A program made the position numbers and the translations under genes. From Iphione sp. A-MEVVRFRX5 (Eukaryota): a DNA stretch of 64,000 nt. This document shows, one piece after another, positions 57,012 through 64,000 of the stretch. The notes below the pieces were generated by a model that worked only from the letters and a program-made list of their open reading frames with translations, had not been told where the DNA came from and made no database searches. Numbering within the stretch: position 1 is the stretch's first letter; every line of letters starts with the position of its first letter. The DNA is taken from assembly GCA_976226885.1 (NCBI GenBank), contig OZ320321.1, forward strand, positions 15,748,001 through 15,812,000, read 5' to 3'.

Positions 57012-57941
57012 ACAACCACTAGGCGCATTTTTCAAAGCGCCCGTTGCAACCCAATCATTTCAGCACTGAATCGGTATGTAGCAAAAAAAAGTTGTCACAT
57101 TTTGTAATGCCTATTTTGTAACACCTTTTTGGCGAAATGCGCCAGGTTGCCCAGCACTGAGGTATGGAAGCATATCCATTGCTTACCACCAGTTCGTAGA
57201 AACACCGTAGACAAATTCATATATGGCAAAATGGGCCTTATTAACCCCAGTCCACAGCTGTCAGTTTTTGTCTGTGTGAATACTGATCGTCTTCGACCAA
57301 AACCCATCAATACAATACACAAAACCACTCTACACATTAGTACGTTGTCTAAACTAAACAATGTCTGCGAAACTGAGAGCTAGACAAAAATTGCATGACA
57401 CAATCAAGACTTCTGCTTACTCCTAAAGTGGAGGCCTCACAGATATGTTTATGTCAAGGCCTCCAGTATCTCAGTTTTATTACATGCACTGCCTTGGTTT
57501 TGGAAATACGATGCTTTTGTAGTTTTGAACTGACGGTAGAAGCGTTGATTTCAAGTAAGAAGAGTGTAATACACATGACACAGAGATTCTCTGGATTTGA
57601 CTAACAGCGCAGATTCACGATTTAAGATGCTGTGCATTACGGAACTCAGTTTCACTGCTGTATTTATAAGACTTGAAGCGATAACCGCTATTTATCAAGC
57701 ACCGTGCATACTGCTGTGTACTACAGCCTAGAACAGGGAGTCGAGTGCGACTACGGTTCGTAGCACATGTACTTGGTCATTAAAAATTACACTGAGAATT
57801 AACGATAACGGGCGGGAGATCCGTCTGTAATTATAATCAGCTACGTAAATTGCAGACTATTCTTTCTTGGTATCATTAAGGAATGCTAAATAATATGATT
57901 TCCATCAACAGTTTATAGATTCCTACCTCTTCGTCCGCCAT
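41794..57941 (-). CDS. Large low-complexity (SR/RE/Ser/His-rich) putative nuclear protein, about 1539 aa, with N-terminal LxALRxAxL helices, xxRLG motifs and a C-terminal CCDC9-like coiled coil
   Basis: Exons 57927-57941, 54762-54812, 53454-53564, 48686-49082, 44965-48048, 43170-44012, 41794-41912 are all GT-AG and phase-compatible (4620 nt). Starts MADEE-EEDLAALRNAVLASMK; ends DELDQRIRQIKQRNAAIERRKREVELDKQQSVFR*. Extra exons could lie in the two gaps. Confidence 0.8.
44254..44437. mobile_element. TA-flanked MITE (same family as 30627-31115)
   Basis: ta|cagtcaactcctgcttaggagacc ... ggtctttaagtgagagtccaccg|ta. Confidence 0.65.
51003..51179. mobile_element. Tc1/mariner(pogo)-type MITE
   Basis: ta|cagtggaaactctat ... 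atagagtttccactg TIRs. Confidence 0.75.
51258..51640. repeat. Tandem repeat, about 120-135 bp unit x3
   Basis: ctgacactct..cacaataactcttgatgt..gcatactaggaca..cagtattccta repeated three times. Confidence 0.9.
52551..52730. mobile_element. CAGT...ACTG MITE (GAGACC repeats)
   Basis: cagtcaacgctcagttaaagacc ... ggtctcctaagtgagagtctactg|ta. Confidence 0.6.
53113..53323. other. Assembly gap (N run)
   Basis: Run of n. Confidence 1.
53899..54079. other. Assembly gap (N run)
   Basis: Run of n. Confidence 1.
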
Positions 57942-58010
57942 TGTGTACCTTCAAAACGCATGCGCGGTATCATGGGGATTTCCGTTTGAAAATGCCGCAA
58001 AATGTCTCCT
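57935..58010 (-). promoter_or_regulatory. Housekeeping-type promoter/start region of the large minus-strand gene
   Basis: ATGGCGG (YY1-like) start context; GCGCATGCG (NRF1-like) at 57957-57965; locally CpG-containing. Confidence 0.55.
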
Positions 58011-58209
58011 TTGTTTTTGTTTCCACACTTTACCACTAGATGGAAGGGCTGATTACACAAATCTTTTCTCTTTCTTTTGTGACGAAAGACAGTAATCATA
58101 TTGTCTCAGGTGACATCTTCTCTTTGTTGTTTCTCAGTAACTTATTGACAAAATCATCAAGCACCGGGAAACAGATTTATATACTTGTTTATCAGCAATG
58201 GAATGACTG

Positions 58210-58302
58210 CAGGCCCGTAGCCAGGAAGTCTTGTGGGGGGTATCTCAAATTAGAGAGGTGGAACTCTTAGCTAGAGAGGTGGAACTCCTGATCAAATAGG
58301 TC

Positions 58303-58368
<66 letters not shown>

Positions 58369-58458
58369 TCTTTGTCATGATACAATATTGGCTATATAGG
58401 CCTAGAGAGGTGAAACTCCTGTTTAGAGAGGTCTTCCTTCCTCTCTCTCTCTGCCCTG

Positions 58459-58542
<84 letters not shown>

Positions 58543-58634
58543 CCCTTGGCTATATAGGCCTAGAGAGGTGGAACTCCTGGCTCTTTTGGGGGGTATCGGA
58601 CGATACCCCCGATACCCCCTTGGCTACGGGCCTG
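58210..58634 (-). mobile_element. CAGGCCCGTAGCC-TIR MITE, copy 2 (inverted relative to copy 1)
   Basis: 13-bp TIRs; (CT)n tracts; TAGAGAGGTGG repeats; flanks gactg/ggctg. Confidence 0.85.
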
Positions 58635-60104
58635 GGCTGGGACCATCTAAAAAACAACAAAATGAAACAGTACTACCTGAGGCCAGCACTATTGAAATCT
58701 TGTCCATGGCTCTGTACGGTACTGTATGTGCTTTTAGAAGAACTACAGGCTCCAAGTTAGGCGCTGTTCACATGTATCATGACGAAAGATCCGTCCCCGT
58801 CTCTGGATGTGCACCCCCCCCCCTGCAGAGATCATTAGTTTATTACCTTCATATGGTCATCAGATGTATTTTACTATGGGATCCTATGGAATCTGCATGT
58901 GGACATGGATGAAACCCATCCCAGATGGGTTGACACGCACATGCAGACGCAGAAAAATCCATGTACATGTCAACAGTGCCAATAGTCAAGCAGGGCTGCA
59001 AAAATATCTGGCCCCTTGTGCAGAAGTCGAATGGAAAAATCATGAAACATATGTGAACAGGGCCTTAAACAAGTTTATCAGAACGATCTGTGGTACCCAA
59101 CCACCAAGTGGTCTATCATTTTCTGCCACAAAGACAACTAATGGACCCGTCGAATTTTGAGTTACTACGAGACATATTTTACTCTTTCTGAAGGGGTGTG
59201 GCCTATTGCCATAGTAACTAGGGCTCTGCGCATGGGCAGTGAGAGTCCCACCTCCGCAAATATTGCCACATGGCTTAGCTGACATATTAGAACAAAGAGG
59301 GTGATCTTTCTCTGGTCACCATGACAAAACTATACAAGGTAGGAAGAAATGGTTTGGCATATACATAGATTAGATATTAAAGATTATTCGCTCTAATTTT
59401 TTGACATTTCTGTGCAGAGATAAGAGAACTGGAACTAGTCAAAGTGACACATTTTACATAGGATTTGGTAGAGACTGTAAACCCTTGCCGAGGTCTAGCG
59501 TATATAGGTCATATTCACTCCTGCCCTCTGGTGTTAATTTTTCTTATTCGACGGGTCTATTGACTCAAATGGTCTTGTCATAGTGGCTGTGTTATAGTAT
59601 TATTTCCCATTGGGTAGCATTGTGCAATCATTCAGATAATGTTATGTGATAGATTTAGATAATATGGTGGTTTTGGGATAGTTATATTTTTGGTCACAAT
59701 TGTTACAATAGTATGGAAAGTGAATACCAATTATAGTGTACAAATATAAGGATTTAAGTGCTGCTTGTGTAGTTTAACACCTGAGTCATATTTCATATAT
59801 CTGGCTGACATATTAACATGAGCAGCAAAAAGGTTATTTTAGTAGGCAAACTGACATAATACAGCACAAAGAGTTAAGTATTGTTAGGAAGCTGTTGAGT
59901 GTTGTTTGTATTGTAACGTGTTGATCGTCGTCAGGCCGGATGGCCACCGCGAAATAAAGAACTTCCACACAGAATATGCGTTGTTGCTCTCACTTCCAAG
60001 TCCGGATGAGAACTGTCTTTATTCAGGAAATCAGTGCCCTTATATACAGAGTCTGGCTCTAAAATTAGCCATGATACAGTCTTAAAAATAGTAACACCCT
60101 CCCC

Positions 60105-60365
60105 CAGAGATCTTTCTGGAGGGGTGCTTCTAGAACCTTCTACAGCACATACTACCTTTCTCTATAGGATCCTTCTGGAAAGATCCTTTCCAGAACCTTC
60201 CATAGCACATACTACCTTGGATCCTTCTAGAGAGATCCTTTCTAGAACCTTCCGAGCTATGCTCAGTACACACGTACTCCCTTCTAGGGGAGCTTCTAGA
60301 ATGTTCTTCCCACCCCACGCCACCGGTGGCTATTTCGGAGAACTATCCTCCGAGAACCCTTTCGA
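60105..60365. repeat. Short degenerate tandem repeats (CCTTCTAGA/GAACCTTC units)
   Basis: Repeated ccttct-aga motifs and a duplicated agcacatactacctt. Confidence 0.65.
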
Positions 60366-61293
60366 AAAAACACACTCAATGCGCATTTTGTACATACCAA
60401 ACACCGAAACGCTACAGTATGAAAACATCTGGAGAGGTTGTTAATTGTAGGACTATGACCTATGTGCTAAGTCAATTAAAAATCGACCCGACACTGACCA
60501 GGTCAGACTCTAGAGGTTAAGATACAGCCCTAGGTTATAACTTCTTATTATATAATTATCACGGTGGTTTCTCCTTATCAGATTACTCCCACGACTGCAC
60601 TTGTATGTCTACTACAGCATAAAGATCAGCTAACAGGAAATGGAGTCGTCCTGAGTTGTATTTTGTTACAGCCTGATCAGATATTTTTGCCTGAAGAAGA
60701 AAATCATGGAATCATGTGCTAAAGTATTTTCTTCCATTTTCTACAAATGACACCAGAATAATTATGGATTTTTTCTAAATTTTTCCTGATTCATGACATT
60801 CATTATGTTAAATGATATCATATGTGCATTAACGGTAGATATATGTAGATACATGTAATATATAATACATGTATGTTATATACATGTAATAGTATTGTAG
60901 AAGTGATTGGGTCCCCACCACCTCCCAAGCAGTGTCGGGAAACGACACTAGGTGGCTCCCCAGCCTTGCTTCTTAGGAGTACCATTCCTCCACCTAGTGG
61001 TGGTTTCCCGTACTTTTTCCCATGCTACAAATAAAAGATTGCGGGCTCGGGGTGGGTGGGGTGGGGGTAAGCTCTCCTTTTTGAGTGCTACATACGTTAT
61101 AGAGTTGGATCCTTATCTCTAAGTACATGTACATGTATGTCGTTAGCAGGCATAACAATATAAAGGTACATGCAAGAAGTCTTGTCCACCCGGGCTTGTC
61201 CAGTGTCTCTTTCCCCAAGAATAACATGTTTGGGCTCAGATTGTCTTGCACTAAGGGAAATCTACCAAAGATGACGCAGCAATTGATAATCAT

Positions 61294-61454
61294 CAGGCCC
61301 GTAGTCAGGACATTTTCTGGGGGGTATCGGAGGATACCCCCAATAACACAAGAGGTGGAACTAATTTTTTTTTATCCATATGAGGGTCTACAGTGATCAA
61401 TCTCTCTGGGGGGTATCGTCCGATACCCCCGATACCCCCTTGGCTACGGGCCTG
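61294..61454 (-). mobile_element. CAGGCCCGTAGCC-TIR MITE, copy 3 (short)
   Basis: TIRs; perfect 5-bp flanking repeat ATCAT. Confidence 0.85.
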
Positions 61455-63449
61455 ATCATGATATTGTCTTCAGCGCAGCTGATGGTGCCATAATGATGCT
61501 ATTGATGCTCAAAATGTGACATTTTGTATCTGAGTATCATTTCAAAACAAAATGTTTCATTTTACTTGGTTTTAAAGAGTTAGCCCGAAAAAGATATCAT
61601 AGGATCGGTAATTACAGGGTATTTTTATTTTTCTATTTGTTCCTAATGTTAATTAATCCTGAGAGCAACGAAAGTAAAAATGTATGTGACAATGTCACTT
61701 CTGGTCCTCAGATTTTACTGAAGCTTATATTAAATGGAAGCCGGTATTCTAAGGGCCACAATTAATGCTGTATTGTATGAGTCTCTACTTTTGTCCATTA
61801 TAATGATATTCAAAAACTAGAAACAAATAAAATGTTCCAGTTGTACAAATAATTGGGTCGATTGGGTTACAAGAAACACATTATATTTTTATTAGACCTT
61901 ATCTCAGTGGTCTCAATGTTAGACATTACTAAAATTTCGTTTATAGTTTCTTATTTTTTAGGAAACATCTTAAAATTAAGTCAGTGCTACAAGTCCCTAG
62001 TGCACAACATTGTTGGAAAGCTCTGAGATTTCTTAGTATTGGGGTCGGTTAGACCACAAGACATTTGCTAAAATCTTCTGTTTCTTGAGGTATCACTTTC
62101 AAAATTGCCTAGTTTCAAGAGTCTATTATATGTAACTAATTTTCTACAAATATCGAAATTCTAAATTTCTTGGTTCCAGGAACGGTTTCCAGCACAGACT
62201 GATTCTAAGAAAACAAATACTCGAAGGAAAAATTTGTTTGCGCACTTAGTAGTACTTCACACAAGGCTTTACTTCATGTATTTCTAACTGTCCACTATAC
62301 AACTTTTAAGAGCATAATTTCTAACCATACATTTCTTATTACCAGTACTGTGTTACAAATCCAGAGTGATAGTTACCTAGCTTTTCTCTCACTGTCTGCG
62401 CCTCCCCCCATCCCTTCTTGTGCCTCGCTGTCTATATCATTGTTTCTATCTATTCTCTGGCCGTTGTTTTTTTTGCTATGAGTATGTGTACTTGCCAGTT
62501 CATTCTGCTGTACCCCTCCCCTAACCTTACTCCAGTGTCCCGTTGTCCCTCTGCTTGAGCCGAGAACTATACAATAGTTTGTGTACATATTCACACCGCG
62601 CCTTGTTTAAACATCACAGAGAAGTAAAAACAGAGAGGTCTACAAGAATTTGGAATTGATTGATGATTGATGAATAGATTATAGATGATGGATGTGCGCA
62701 ACAATCACGCCACAGATGGTGGTTGCAGACGAACGGTAGATGAATGGTGACTGTGTCATTGATGGTGCATGTAGATTAATGGTGTTTCTGTCATTGATGG
62801 TGAATCTATATATTTACATGTACCTAATGGAGAAACGAATGTTGACATATACTACATACTAGAACTTGAATAAGATCCTACATTAAAAAAGCCAGCATTG
62901 CATTAAGATTGATTCAGTAAAGATGCAACAACAGAGGGCACAACACACCAGTAGGTATGATTCTTCAGCCTTTATTCCAGAACTTCTCACAGCACAACAT
63001 CAAGTCAACAGCAGCGAGTCCAATGAGAGTGTCAAAGCAGCTCCCATTTATACTAAGACTTAGCTCAAGCACAGCATACAAACATCACATGATTCTGGCA
63101 AACATCAGTACTTCTAAGGGGTTGAACAATAGTCATCTTGTGATGACGTATCTGGTGATGTCACAGTGCCACACATCCAGGGTACCACCTTAGATTTAGA
63201 TGATAAGAATACTTTGTAAAACACGTTCCTAGACATATTGCAATACCAAGTAACAAGTGTATCACACTGTTTTACCATAGCAGAAATCATGTAGTACTGT
63301 TCACTGGGAACATGAGTACTTTTGAAAAATGTTGTCACCTTGTTAAGTAAGTTGTACAAGGCTTTGCATAATACTTATACCTATACACTCTACATAAACA
63401 TAGCCTTTTTGAGGACATAATTACCAATGGTACATTCTCTATTATATCA

Positions 63450-63607
63450 CAGGCCTGTAGCCAAGAACTGTTGTGGGGGTATCGAATGATACCCCTGATA
63501 CCCCAGAGGTGAAACTCCTAGAGACAATGTCTATACAGGCCTATAGGCATTAGGATTAGTGGGGGGTATCAGATTATACCCATGATACCTCCTTGGCTAC
63601 GGGCCTG
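63450..63607 (-). mobile_element. CAGGCCCGTAGCC-TIR MITE, copy 4 (short, diverged)
   Basis: caggcctgtagcc ... ggctacgggcctg; flanks tatca/taaca. Confidence 0.8.
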
Positions 63608-63870
63608 TAACAACAATGTGTTACAAAGAGACCTGAACTGAGATGGGGATAGTAAAACGATTCGATACCTGTAGTAGATGTTTAAGTGTTTGCAGGACTC
63701 CTATGTTGTAATATATATGTTTTCTATTACAGGTAGTTGCAATTCGGTGAAGTTATGCGAAACAATCCCGAAGTAACCCTGAAGATAGCATATGCAATTT
63801 ATAGTATCGGTTACCGAATTTCATGGTAATCACTTGTCACCAGTTTAAGGCTGGGTTTAAAATATCACAT

Positions 63871-64000
63871 CAAGCCCGTAGCCAATGGGGTATCGGGGGT
63901 ATCGTCCGATACTCCCCGGAAGACTCATTAGTTCCACCCAGAAAATAATAGTGTCCCCTTAAAGAGAAGCTTATTCATAAGAAAATGTCTTAAAATGATT
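63871..64000 (+). mobile_element. CAGGCCCGTAGCC-TIR MITE, copy 5 (left end; rest beyond window or truncated)
   Basis: caagcccgtagcc followed by ggggtatcgggggtatcgtccgatac. Confidence 0.7.

Noticed and set aside
1-64000. rRNA or tRNA genes
   Set aside because: No cloverleaf or rRNA-like conserved sequence recognised.

Overview
Animal genomic DNA (spliceosomal introns, a nuclear receptor gene, MITEs, three assembly gaps); probably a marine invertebrate, but the species cannot be determined from the sequence. Bases 144-21830 are one complete Maverick/Polinton endogenous virus with AGTAGT...ACTACT termini, short 37-bp TIRs and a 6-bp CACACA target duplication. It carries the core set: protein-primed PolB, packaging ATPase, chromodomain integrase, minor and major capsid proteins, and an adenain-like protease with a 1-nt frameshift. 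Its unusual features are: (i) pPolB ends in a NADAR/YbiA-like domain and begins with four extra phase-matched exons; (ii) a head-to-head pair of signal peptide/LRRNT-LRR/mucin-stalk/TM genes, one of which appears to splice into a >870-aa disordered cytoplasmic tail; (iii) a spliced PC4-like gene. Accessory and replication genes contain introns, whereas the morphogenesis/integrase block is intronless with overlapping start and stop codons. The host portion holds a 7-exon divergent NR1(J-like) nuclear receptor gene (+, 27275-35854, about 567 aa) and a 7-exon gene for a low-complexity protein of about 1539 aa (-, 41794-57941), plus MITEs, a solo LTR and tandem duplications. All gene models were assembled by eye from GT-AG sites and reading phase; no database search was run, so novelty is unverified.
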